The notes beneath the pieces were generated by a model. It worked only from the letters and a program-made list of their open reading frames with translations, had not been told where the DNA came from and did no database searches. From NCBI GenBank assembly GCA_964016885.1, contig OZ024760.1:28954001-29018000 (forward strand): DNA of 64,000 nt. Direction: 5' to 3'. This stretch comes from Eledone cirrhosa. Taxonomy: Eukaryota. Position 1 is the first letter of the stretch; every line of letters begins with the position of its first letter. This document shows positions 11,298-22,824 of this stretch, one piece after another. The position numbers and the translations under genes were made by a program.

Positions 11298-14200
11298 TAA
11301 GACTTGTCCTCAATAGAACTACGGTGACAGTAATATCTGCGTACGCACCCCAATCCGGACTGCCCGGCACTATAAAAGACAGATTCTATGAGACACTGAT
11401 GCTCACTACCTCCCAAATAACCGACAGTGACTATATAATTATTGCAGGCGACCTAAATGGTCACGTTGGACAACATTGTGACGGCTACGACGAAATCCAT
11501 GGAGGCTATGGGTTTGGTACTAGAAATGAGGAAGGCTCCAGAATCCTGGAATTCTGTGACGCAAATAACCTAACTATCTGTAACACTAACTTCAAAAAAC
11601 GTGACAATCACCTGATCACCTATAGATCCAGGGAACACACAAGCCAGGTAGATTATATCCTTACCAGAAGGCATGACAGAGTGTCTGTTGTAAACACTAA
11701 ATCCCTCCCCCATGAAGAATGCACCTCCCAACATAGACTGATACTTAGCGACCTCATAGTCAGGACGAGACGTACTCGACAGCAGAAGAGGACTATCCTC
11801 AGGAGAAAAATATGGAAGCTAAAGGACCCCACAGCCAGAAATAAATTTCAAAGCATATTACTTGATGCTTTCGACAGTAAGGAAGAGCATTTAGAGTCGG
11901 ACAATATAGAGGGAGTGTGGGAATTTCTGAAAGCAAACCTGCTGATGGCGACAGACGAAGTCTGTGGCTAGAGCAGGCCTGTTGGCAGGAGGAGATTAAC
12001 ATGGTGGTGGAACAGTAAGGTGGAGGGGTCAATTAAGGCCAAAAAGCAGGCTTGGAAAGTATGGCGGGATGGGGGAAGTAGAGAAGACTATCAAGTGGCC
12101 AGGAGGGAAGCTAGGAGACAAGTCTACTTTGCAAGAAGGGAAGCAGAAGAAAGAAAGTTCAAGCATGTTCTACAACGCGAGGACCAAAAACGTGAGGTGT
12201 TCAGGATTGCTAGGCAATGTGTCAAGGAAAACCGTGATATTGTTGGGGAAAAGTGTGTCCTTAATGATTATGGTATACTTTCCACCACCGACGCTGATAA
12301 GACGGTAGCTCGGAAGTGTCACTATGAAAGGCTACTAAATGAGGAGAATAAATGGGAGAAAGACAGTCTCCCCCACATTGACCCAATAGAGGGACCAGCA
12401 GTGTTAGTCGAGGGTAGTATAATAAGTAAGGCAATCAAGGATATGAAGACGGGTAAGGCGGCTGGGCCTTCGGAAATAGTTGCTGAGATGCTGAAGGCAT
12501 CTGGCACGGTGGGACACACCATGGTCACCCGGATAGTTAACCAAGTCGTACAGAATGGGGTTGTTCCGAAGGACTGGCATAGCAGCATCATCGTTAACTG
12601 TTATAAGGGTAAAGGAGATGCCCTAGATAGGAGTAACTATAGAGGCATTAAATTAATTGACCAGGTCATGAAGGTCACGGAAAAAGTAATAGCGCAACTA
12701 ATCAGAGAGAGAATTGACCTAGATGAAATGCAGTTCGGGTTTGTGTCAGGCAAAAGTACCACAGACGCTCTTTTCATTGTACGACAACTACAGGAGAAGT
12801 ACCTAGCTAAAGGTAAACCCCTCTACTTAGCTTTTGTCGACTTGGAGAAAGCCTTCGACAGAGTCCCCCGTTCCATTATCTGGTGGGCCCTTAGAAAACT
12901 AGGTGTCGACGAATGGCTTGTGAGAGCTATACAAGCCATGTATAAAGAAACAGTCAGCAAGGTTAGAATTAACAACGAATATAGTGAAGAGTTTAGCGTA
13001 AAAGTTGGCGTCCATCAGGGTTCTGTTCTCAGCCCCCTACTATTTATTATTGCCCTTCAGGCTATAACAGAGGAGTTCAAGACCGGCTGCCCATGGGAAC
13101 TCCTATACGCAGACGACCTGACACTCATAGCTGAATCAATGGCCGAGCTAGAGAAGAAATTCCAAACATGGAAGCACGGCCTAGAATCAAAAGGCCTTAA
13201 AATTAACCTGGCTAAGACTAAAGTTCTAGTTTGTAGGAAAGAAAATAAGGCGGCGGTCCCTTCCGGGAAATGGCCATGCTCAGTGTGTAGGAAAGGCGTA
13301 GGTAGAAACTCCATTTTATGTCCCAAATGCAAAGTATGGGTGCATAAAAGATGTAGTGGGATCACAGGTAAGCTAACTAAGAACATAGATTTTACATGTG
13401 GGCAGTGCTCTGGTGCAATAAGTAGCAGCAAGTGCCCACAAAATACTAGCTCCTTCAACTGCGCAGAGGGTTCTATAGAAATAGTGGACAGCTTCCGTTA
13501 CCTGGGTGACAAAATCAGCAGTGGGGGAGGGTGCTCTGAAAGTACAGTAGCTAGAGTCAGAACTGGATGGAAAAAGTTCAGAGAGCTTATACCACTATTA
13601 GCCGCTAAAGGGTTCTCCCTAAAAATGAAAGGCAGGTTGTATGATGCCTGCATACGAACAGCAATGTTGCATGGCAGTGAGACCTGGGCATTGTGTGCAG
13701 AGGATATACGCAGACTAGAGAGGAACGAAGCTTGCATGCTCCGCTGGATGTGTAATAGTAATATACGTGAACGGCAAAGCATAAACGAACTAAGGAAAAA
13801 ATTAGAAATAAGAGGGATCAGATGTTGTTTACTCGAGAGAAGGCTACGTTGGTATGGACACGTGATGCGCATGAAAGTCGATAGCTGTATAACAAAGTGC
13901 AGGGCAATAAAAATAGACGGTAGCCACGGAATAGGCAGACCTAGAAAAACCTGGGACGAGCTGATAAACTCCGACCTCACACACTTACACCTCTCCATGA
14001 CAATGTCACTGGACCGAGACCTTTGGCGGTACTCAGTAATAGAGAAGACCCGCCTTACCTAAATACATAGTAAAACCTACTACAGCCAGTAGGCATCTCT
14101 AACAAAATACACCCCCGTCCCACCACCCCCACCCCATCCACACCACCCCCTCCTATGTAAAGTTATGTTGGTGCCGCGCCATCCAGGCCGAAACAAATGA

Positions 14201-14450
14201 GATCGTGTAGGTGTCACGACAAAAAAACACACAGTCCATGCTGTAATGTGGCCGTGTAGGCAACACGGTAAAAACCTCCCAGACCCACACTGTAAATGTG
14301 GTTGGTGTTAGGAAGGGCATCCAACTGTAGAAAACCCGCCAGACAGTCCTATACGAGCAAGACAATCACTCTTGCCTCAAGTGGGAATACCCCCGTCCAA
14401 ACCCATGCAAGCGTGGAACACGGACGTTAAACGTTGATGATGATGATGAT
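11298..14450 (+). mobile_element. 5'-truncated RTE-clade LINE with nearly intact ORF (APE C-part, RT, PHD finger), 3' UTR and (GAT)n tail
   Basis: SAYAPQ, AGDLNGHVG, SQVDYIL, TSQHR (APE); YRGIKL, QFGF, FVDLEKAFDRV, GVHQGSVLSP, YADD at 13106, RLRWYGHV, RPRKTW. Only one stop (TAG 11969) separates ORFs 11324-11971 and 12020-14062, which are in the same frame. Confidence 0.95.
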
Positions 14451-14538
14451 ATATATATAATGTGAGTGGAAGTTCTCAAGCGTGAAACTAATATCATTTG
14501 TACTGCCTCTCTGTTTTTTGTTCTTTGTTTATTTATTA

Positions 14539-14585
<47 letters not shown>

Positions 14586-14634
14586 CACACATATATATAT
14601 TTGTTTATTCATTTATTTATTTAAACTATTACAG

Positions 14635-15006
14635 GACACCCGGTTACGCAGTGGAGACCACATATTACAGATAGGGGACTTCAATGTGCGTGGAATGAGT
14701 TCAGAGCAGGTGGCCTCCGTACTGCGCCAGTCAGGTAGCAATGTGCGCCTGATAGTAGCACGGGCCATCAATGAACCAACACTTGAGATCAACCCCACTG
14801 CACCCATTATTGCTACTGTGCAGCTAGATGAGCGTTTGCAACAGATAAACACTGCCCTCTCTTCTGCCGAAGATCTTGACATGTCAAAAATAATGAAGAA
14901 CCAACACCAGATACAGGAGAGGTTGATTGCTGAGTCTCAAATGGAGATGACCGAGGAGCAAGACCCAGACCTTCAAGGATTTCTTGAAACTGTTCAAGTA
15001 CATGAG
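14635..15006 (+). CDS. MPDZ: Coding exon of a multi-PDZ scaffold (MPDZ/MUPP1-PATJ family): C-terminal half of PDZ2 plus linker
   Basis: Acceptor ttacag|GAC, donor GAG|gtaact; 372 nt, phase 0/0. Translation DTRLRSGDHILQIGDFNVRGMSSEQVASVLRQSGSNVRLIVAR matches the MPDZ/PATJ PDZ2 pattern (SGDHILxIGD..GMSSEQVAxVLRQ.G..V.L..AR). MPDZ versus PATJ naming is not resolved. Confidence 0.9.
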
Positions 15007-15368
15007 GTAACTTTTATTATTTATTAGCTGAGGTACCCGGCTTTGCCTGGGTAAACAGATGATAAGAGAAGACAGGTAGAAGAGAAAACGTCTGTATTGG
15101 ATGCATTGTTTGGTTTACAGTATAAATGTGAATATATATGTGTGTGTGTGGTGTGTAAACCAGCATTCGAATAGGTGCTGGTCGCAAAACACGATCGTCA
15201 CTGACAACAGAGCATTCCTTATGGTTGATTTCCAACCTGCTAGAAATAAGTCAAGTTGGTTAACATACCTGGGATGTTTTTCTTCTTTGATATTATAAAA
15301 TTAGTCTATATATATATATATGGATATATATTAGTATATATATATATATATATGAATGTATATATAAT

Positions 15369-15399
<31 letters not shown>

Positions 15400-16004
15400 C
15401 AAAATATAAAACAATCAAATTTTAGTTTAATATATTTAATTGCTGACAATTGTTTCTTCCAGATGAATGTCTGGAATTATCAGAGCATACACAATGTTTA
15501 AACAACTAATTATAAGCCTAGTCGTCAGAACATTGATAAAGATACATTTATAATATGATGTCAGTGACATCATATTGAAAAGCAGGAGTGACAAAAAGAT
15601 GTTATGTTACAGATATCATAGTATAAGGAGCAATGATGACAAGTGAAATATTGAGCATATTATATATAAAGATATTCTTTAAGGTAATACAGGTGCAAGA
15701 GATACCAAGCAAAAAGCTGTTACAGAAGATAGATAAAAGATATCATAGCATTGAAAAATGTAATATTAAGGGTATATGAAAGCAAAAAATTAATAAAGGC
15801 ATGTATGAGGTATGAGTTAGAAAATGAATATAAATATATCAAGCATAATTTACATTGAGGATTTTCTCTTACTGGTAATTGGCTCGTGCTTAGCACTACC
15901 CTTTCATATTTATAATTATATATAAGTATAAATATTATTATCACACACACACACACACATATATATATGTATGTATATGTGTGTGTATATATATTTATAT
16001 ACAT

Positions 16005-16340
16005 GGAGGCACATGGCTTAGTGGTTAGAGCATTGGGCTTGCAATCGAAACGTTGTGAGTTCAATTCTCAGACCGGGTGATGTGTTGTTTCCTTGAGCAA
16101 GACACTTTATTTCACATTGCTCCAGTTTACTGAGCTGTAGAAATGAGATGATAGGACTGGGGTCCCTATTATCCACTGCAAAGTGGTCGTGGAGGTGCCA
16201 CAGCAAAAAAGCACCCAGCACTAACTGTAAATGAGGTTGGTGTTAGGAAGGGCATCCAGCTGTAGACATCAAGCCAGAAGCAGTTCCCGTCCCACCCTTG
16301 CAAGCAGGGAAAAGTGGGCGTAAAATGATGATGATGATGA
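16005..16340 (+). mobile_element. tRNA-derived SINE family B (CORE-like centre, RTE-type tail), full length
   Basis: A box tggcttagtgg, B box gagttcaattc, CORE-like ccttgagcaagacact, gttaggaagggcatccagc block, (GAT)n tail; near-identical copies at 47805, 54594 and 62243. Confidence 0.85.
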
Positions 16341-16409
16341 TATATATACACATATGTATGTATATGTGTGTGCACATATATATATATATATACACATATG
16401 TATAAGAGA

Positions 16410-16680
16410 TATTTAATTTGTTGGAAATCCAACAAATATAGATGTTTACAACTGATTCAAAGCACTTGACAGATTTCTGGAGTAAGTATTCAATTGATAT
16501 TATCCAGGGATAACTTGAACCATTAAGGTATATTATCCTTGGTCATGTCAAATACTTATAAAACATTTTGTATTTTATCTGATGAAAGCGTACCAAAATG
16601 TTTGGTACCCTTGAAAAATATATAATAGAATAAATATGGTTTTATAAATATAGTTTCCATTTATTTAATATCAATTGAAT
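16410..16680. mobile_element. Penelope-like terminal-repeat remnant with degenerate hammerhead core, two pieces in inverted orientation
   Basis: 16570-16675 (+) matches 19580-19685; 16410-16485 (-) matches 19693-19770; CTGATGA-stem-GAAA at 16579-16616. Confidence 0.55.
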
Positions 16681-16749
16681 TATATACACATATATATATA
16701 TATATGCATGTGTATGTATATATATATACATATATATATGTATGTCTAT

Positions 16750-16811
<62 letters not shown>

Positions 16812-16856
16812 GGAGAGAGAGTATATAGATATGAAACCATGTCAACTGTACGTTAT

Positions 16857-17032
16857 TGGCAGTATCGGTAGAGGGTAGGATATGCTTTCCAGCATAGTTA
16901 CGTCCCTTTACGATCTGAGTTCAATTCCCGCCGAGGTTTACTTTGCCTTTCATCCTTACGGGGTCGATAAAATAAAGTACCAGTAATGTACTGAGATAAT
17001 TGCTGGCCTTGTGCCAAAAGTAGAAACAGTTA
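16857..17032 (+). mobile_element. SINE family A copy
   Basis: Head, core and tail blocks as at 1355-2045. Confidence 0.85.
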
Positions 17033-17374
17033 TATGCTTGTATAGACGGCATAATATAAAGGGAAGTAACTCTGTATCTGATCAAATGCCAACCATTTAA
17101 TCCTCAAATATTTTGTCCTGTCACAACGTCGTGCCTCGTTAATAGATGAAGACTTTTACAAGAAACCCTTAAATATTCAAAGAGAATATTTTTGTTTGAA
17201 TATTTATTTTTAAAGAATAATTTTTAAAGCATAATATTACCTTATATTGACATTTAAACTGCAACTTCTTTATACGTAATGGAACCAGACGACAAAATTG
17301 AGTCTAGAAATGATACACACTTTTAGCTGTGAACTATTTCTATAAATCTATTTCTGTCGAATTCGTCGTATAAA

Positions 17375-17565
17375 TAATTGTTTCTACTTTTGGCACAAGG
17401 CTAGCAATTACCCCAATACATTACTGGTACTTCATTTTATCGACCCCGTAAGGATGAAAGGCAAAGTTAACCTCGGCGTGATTTGAACTCAGACCGTAAA
17501 GGGCCGTAACTCTATGCTGCAAAACATGGCGTCCGACCCTCAACTGATACTGCCAGTTCACCGCC
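17375..17565 (-). mobile_element. SINE family A copy
   Basis: Reverse complement of the family A blocks. Confidence 0.85.
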
Positions 17566-17657
17566 CTGCCCCTAGTATTAATAATAAGGTATTGTATAAT
17601 TCGAAAAACTCACAAATAATATTAATATATTTTATAATTTAAAAACTCAGAAATATT

Positions 17658-17860
17658 TAACCCTTTACCATTTACATTACTTTATATTTACTTTTGTATT
17701 TAAACGGTAAAGGTTTTATTTCATAAACATCGAACATACGAGATTTTGGTATTATTTATTTTGAGGACAATACCATAACATAAGTATGAGCAACCAGTTA
17801 TGGCCGGTTTGAACAGAAAGAGGTGAGAGAATTCTGGTCAGATGTGACCAGGTTTAAATA
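17658..17860 (-). mobile_element. TTAA-type (piggyBac-like) MITE, partial
   Basis: Starts ttaaccctttaccatttac; homologous to the reverse complement of 35780-36000 and to 47335-47767. Confidence 0.65.
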
Positions 17861-18164
17861 TTTTATAATCCTAAAACTCCCAAATATTCTTCATAATTCT
17901 AAATCTTCCTTGGTCATCTCTCCCTCGAAGGTGAAGTATTTTACCTATTCTAATGACTAGAATATACGCGGCTCGTCACACCTGTAATTATTTTATTTTA
18001 TTTGGTATTGTTTTTTTCTTGTGCTATCAATTAAACTGAAAGTACCAGTAATGCACTGGTTATTTCTGGCCTTGTGCCAAAAAGTAGAAACAATTATAAT
18101 TTTCACAGTTCTATATATTTAGAGTAGAATAACGTTGTAAATATGTTTTAAATATTTACATATA

Positions 18165-18346
18165 TAATTGTTTCTACTTTTGGCACAAGGCCAGCAATTA
18201 TCCAGTGCATTACTGGTACTTTATTTTATCGATCCCGTAAGGATGAAAGGCAAAGTTAACCTCGGCGGGATTTGAACTCAGAATGGCAAGGGCCATAACT
18301 CTATACGTCAAAGCATGGTGTCCGACCCTCTACCGATTCTGCCAAT
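18165..18346 (-). mobile_element. SINE family A copy
   Basis: Reverse complement of the family A blocks; a + strand tail fragment lies at ~18040-18100. Confidence 0.85.
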
Positions 18347-18559
18347 CTATAATATAAGAGCGTAAATAACATTATAAATTGCTCGGACATTTTCAACTCC
18401 CGCCCACTCATTTGTCTTTATCGTTCCATTTTCCTCCCTCGGTTATTTTGTGTGCTATCAATAAATATTGCAACTGAGCATGCTGCAAAGGACTTTCTCC
18501 TACAGAAAATCGAGAGGGGGGGGGGCTCGGATTTGCCCCTTCTCGTAGTTTTCTTTACT

Positions 18560-18810
18560 CCCCAACCCTTAACCCTAATTCCAAACCAAACCTTAATCCT
18601 AACCCACACCCTCATCCAATCCTTAACCCTAACCCCCAAACCTTAACCCTAACCCCCAAACCTTAACCCTAACTCCCAACCCAAACCTTACCCCACACCT
18701 AAACCTTAAGCCTAACCCCAAACCTCAACCCTAACCTAACCCTAGCCCCAACCCTAACGACAGCCCACACCCCAACCCATACCTTAACCCTAATTCCAAC
18801 CTCAACCTGG
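18560..18810. repeat. Degenerate interstitial (CCCTAA)n-like repeat
   Basis: ccctaa/ccttaa/cccaaa hexamer variants. Confidence 0.8.
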
Positions 18811-19365
18811 AGATAAGATTAATTGGTGGCACACGAAAAAAAAACAGGAGAGGAAAAAGAAGTGGTCAAGAAAAAAACCGGGGTGCGGGTGAGTCCGAAG
18901 GTCCCTTACCTTTTCTGGAGTGGGGACATCTTAGGACTACTCTAAGAAAAAATAACAAGAAAAAGAATTATTTCCTACTGAAATCGTTGGGGGTGTCTTT
19001 CTATAAATTTACCTTTTTAAAATATTATTTTTAACAAAAGTCAGCAAAATTTTCTTTTTTTATAAATTTAAACAATATATGACTGGTTCTTCGCTTTATA
19101 GACTTCTGGATTAAAGGATTTGTGTTAACTAATTACTGTCCCCCGAATATCCAAATATGTATATATGTGGTCCCATTACTTCAGGTAGAATCGTTTCTTG
19201 GCCATTTTTTAAACATGGCGGACCCCGTCTTCCCTCTCTTGAGAAGGAGAGAGAGAGAGAAAGAGAATGGAAGTGAGAAAACGTTATAGAGGAAGAATCT
19301 ACGCCAGTACTAGACTGAATGTATGAGAGGCAAAGTTTACATTGGCGGGATTTGAACTCAGAGTA

Positions 19366-19773
19366 CAGTGAGCTGCCGAAACGGCCGGAGCTCAACCGTT
19401 GGCGTCCTGAATCTTTTCATATATATATATATATATATAATTATATATATATACGATATATTAACAAATGGAAACTATATTTATAAAACCATATTTATTT
19501 CATTATACATATTTCAAGGACACCAAGTTAAATTATGGTGTGCTTTCATATATTATATTTGTGTGCTGATCTATATTATATTTTATCTGATGAAAGCACA
19601 CCATAATTTAACTTGGTGTCCTTGAAATATGTATAATGAAATAAATATGGTTTTATAAATATAGTTTCCATTTGTTAATATATCGTATTTTTACTCCAAT
19701 AATTTGTTGAGTGCTTTATATCAGTTATAAAAATATTTGCTTGTTGTATCCCAACAATTTAAATAGAACTTCT

Positions 19774-19846
<73 letters not shown>

Positions 19847-20029
19847 CTTGATGAGTTCTTTCGTTGTTTTTAGTATTGTATGGTTGGGTATTGTCTACTG
19901 CAATTTTCAATTTGTCAAGCTATTTAAACGTATGTTATTACTCTAAGGACCTACCCTTATTGTGTGCTTTGCTACTCATTCCTTATTGTAGGTCGACTTT
20001 GCTTGGCCACATTTTACTAAGCTTCCACT

Positions 20030-20107
<78 letters not shown>

Positions 20108-20326
20108 TTTTATCCTTCTATGTTGTTTACTTGTCTCACTCGCTTTACGCGATTTACTTGTCCCAATAGCTTTTTTTAGTTATTGCTCGCACCAACCTGA
20201 GGTATATGATTTTTAATGCGATGAAATATCAATGATGGTTGGCAAATCACTGACGAGGGACTAATTTTATCATATGTAACCCATGTGCAACCAGGCAGTA
20301 TTCTTCTTTCTTCTCATGTCTTGTAT

Positions 20327-20366
<40 letters not shown>

Positions 20367-20415
20367 GGATTCAGGACCCCGACGGCTGAGCCCCGGCCGT
20401 TTCGACAGCACACTG
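19366..20415. mobile_element. Tc1/mariner-type non-autonomous element (55-bp TIRs, TA target duplication) with nested content
   Basis: TA|cagtgagctgccgaaacggccggagctcaaccgttggcgtcctgaatcttttcat ... atgaaaggattcaggaccccgacggctgagccccggccgtttcgacagcacactg|TA. Confidence 0.7.
19451..19688. repeat. Perfect 99-bp inverted repeat with 40-nt spacer
   Basis: 19451-19549 is the exact reverse complement of 19590-19688 (checked base by base). Confidence 0.95.
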
Positions 20416-20562
20416 TATATATATATATATATATTGTATACAAACTTCAACAAGATTCTAATAAAAGCGTGTATACATGGTTTGGGACACCTGTATATCA
20501 ATGTTTAATCCCGATAGGTTAATTTGGAAAGGCGTACTTTATGTTCGTAACATAACACAACA

Positions 20563-21082
20563 ATGGTTTCTGATTTAGGCACAAGGCCAACACTTTGGTA
20601 GGAGGGGAAAGTCGATTAAATCGAATCCAGTGTATTACTGGTACTTTATTTTATCGACCCCGTAAGGATGAAAGGCAAAGTTGACCTCGGCGGGATTTGA
20701 ACGCAGAACGTAAAACGATGGTTTAACTCATCTACTTTTCCCTAAACAAGTAAAATGCAATTTTCTTGTATTTATGTATTACACAATTATTTCCCTCACG
20801 TCTTCCTTCTTGATTTATTTTCTTTCCTTGTTGTTAGAAAATTATTTATTTACTTTGAGTTTAAGTTAGAAGCAACCATTGTAGAACAAGGGAACTAACT
20901 CGTCATTTTTATCGTGGCTTCTTTGTTACGAACATAAAATGCGACATTACTATTTAACCATTCTGAGTTCAAATCCCGCCAAGGTTAACTTTGCCCATTC
21001 ATCTTTACGGGATCGATAAAATAAAGTACCAGTAATGCACTGGGTAATTGCTGGCCTTGTGCCTAACGTAGAAACAATTACT
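20563..21082. mobile_element. Two partial SINE family A copies (~20563-20715 minus, ~20955-21082 plus)
   Basis: Family A core and tail blocks in opposite orientations. Confidence 0.75.
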
Positions 21083-21612
21083 ATTTAAAGTTCGTAAAAT
21101 TTGATGAATTTCTATTACGAGTCAATAAGAATATGTTAGGCATAAGGTGTTTAAATCCGGTACAAATTTGTGTAAATTCCTTGTGATATTTATACCGCAA
21201 GGAGAAGGAAATTTCAACACAAGGGACATAACTTAAGGTATTTGATATACAGAGATCCACGTAAAATGTGAGAGAGAAAGTACTGGGATTGACTATGATC
21301 CGTGGCAGGTGTTACCACAGTATGGCCGCAGTCCAAAGATTTCAAATAGTCAATGATTTAATAAAGAAAGTAACCCCCACCGCCGAAGAATATTAAATGA
21401 CAAACACCGGTCATCAGTAGTTTTAGGACTTAGTGAGTTTTTTAAAGAGGTGCAGGCATGGCTGAGTGGTTAGGAAATTCACTTCACAACCACATGGTTT
21501 CGGAAGCGACCTCACTGAGCAGCACCTGTAGAATGTTTCCTCTGCCATAGCCTATCGCTGACTTTGTGAGTGGAATTTGATAGGTAGAAAATATGTGGCA
21601 ACCCACCTTATA

Positions 21613-21760
21613 CAGTGAAATTCCGTTATAACGAAATTGACGGGCTATAAAAATTAATTCGTTGTAACGAAAAATTCTTTATATCGAGATCGTGTGTGTG
21701 GTCGGGGATTGAAAAAAATTTTGTTATACAGAAATATTCGTTATAACGGAATTTTACATG
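21613..21760. mobile_element. pogo/Tigger-like MITE
   Basis: TA|cagtgaaattccgttataacgaa ... ttcgttataacggaattttacatg|TA, with internal copies of the ttcgttataacga motif. Confidence 0.75.
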
Positions 21761-22022
21761 TATTACAATAAAATGTAAACACACTTTTATTAGAATGCTG
21801 TTGAAATGTGTATACATTCACTTTTGGGGACACCCTATATATACAGTATATGCGTGGGTGTGTGTATATGCGTGCGTGTGTGTGTGTGTATGTATACGTG
21901 TGTGTGTGCATATAACTAGTGTAACTCATGCCAACAAGGCACACCGATGTAAAATGATGATGAACGATGTTATATACACATAGATATATATTATACATAC
22001 ACATGCACAAACACGCACTCAT

Positions 22023-22083
<61 letters not shown>

Positions 22084-22098
22084 GTGTGTGTATATATA

Positions 22099-22818
22099 CT
22101 AGCAGATTTACCCGGCGTTGCCCGGGGTTTGAAATTATGCTAAGAATATACAGCTAGGAAGTAAAAGAAAAAAATTATTTGTCCCCAACCTATCAAAATA
22201 AGCAGAAGTCTTCAATTAATGCAAAACGAATATTTAGTGCAATCTTTGTACACATAAAACTATGCTGATAATGAAGGAAAATTTTGTTTTAACTGATTTC
22301 TTCATTGTAATAATAGTTTTTTTAAAATATCCTGGAAGCATAGATAATGCCTGCCTCAAATGTGGACGAAATTACTTTAAAAATGTAAAAATTGTAGGTC
22401 CCAACGATTTGAATGGAAATTCCCATAAGGATTGTTTTTAGATTGATTTCACCCATACCCAAATAATCTTCTTGTATTACCTCGATGGCATAGGCAATGC
22501 CTGCCTCACATTTGGTAAAAAAAGCTCGAAAAATGTAAAAGTAATTGCAACTTTTAATTTGCATGGAAAATCCCATAAGGATTTTGTCTTCATTGTTATC
22601 TCCCTTACATCGTGCACTTTAGAAAAAATAATTTTGCTATCGATTTTTTATTGCTCAACGTGGGTCGATTTGTGATGTGACCATCTTAGCGACAGGTGCA
22701 ACGTGCACAGAAAATTTGGTTAAATTCGGTTGGGAATTGTAAAAGCCTTAGCTGTCCAAAGTTGTCCACAGACACACACACACACACACACACATCCTCG
22801 CTTTTATATATATAGAGA
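22099..22818 (-). mobile_element. Non-autonomous Helitron
   Basis: On the minus strand: A|TC start, (TG)n near the 5' end, internal ~150-bp duplication, subterminal hairpin cccgggcaacgccggg, CTAG|T end. Confidence 0.8.
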
Positions 22819-22824
22819 TATATA

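Noticed and set aside
14482-14634. N-terminal extension of the PDZ ORF (MKLISF...YIYIYI)
   Set aside because: Intronic (TA)n read-through upstream of the acceptor at 14634.
15024-15053. GC-rich hairpin just after the exon donor as a splicing regulator
   Set aside because: It matches the Helitron 3' end motif at 22099-22126, so it is most simply a Helitron remnant.
16005-16080. Possible tRNA genes at SINE heads (also 48065-48139 and 62243-62315)
   Set aside because: A and B boxes are present but there is no complete cloverleaf, and they continue into SINE body and tail.
18560-18810. True telomere or chromosome fusion site
   Set aside because: Short, highly degenerate, single orientation and internal to an intron.
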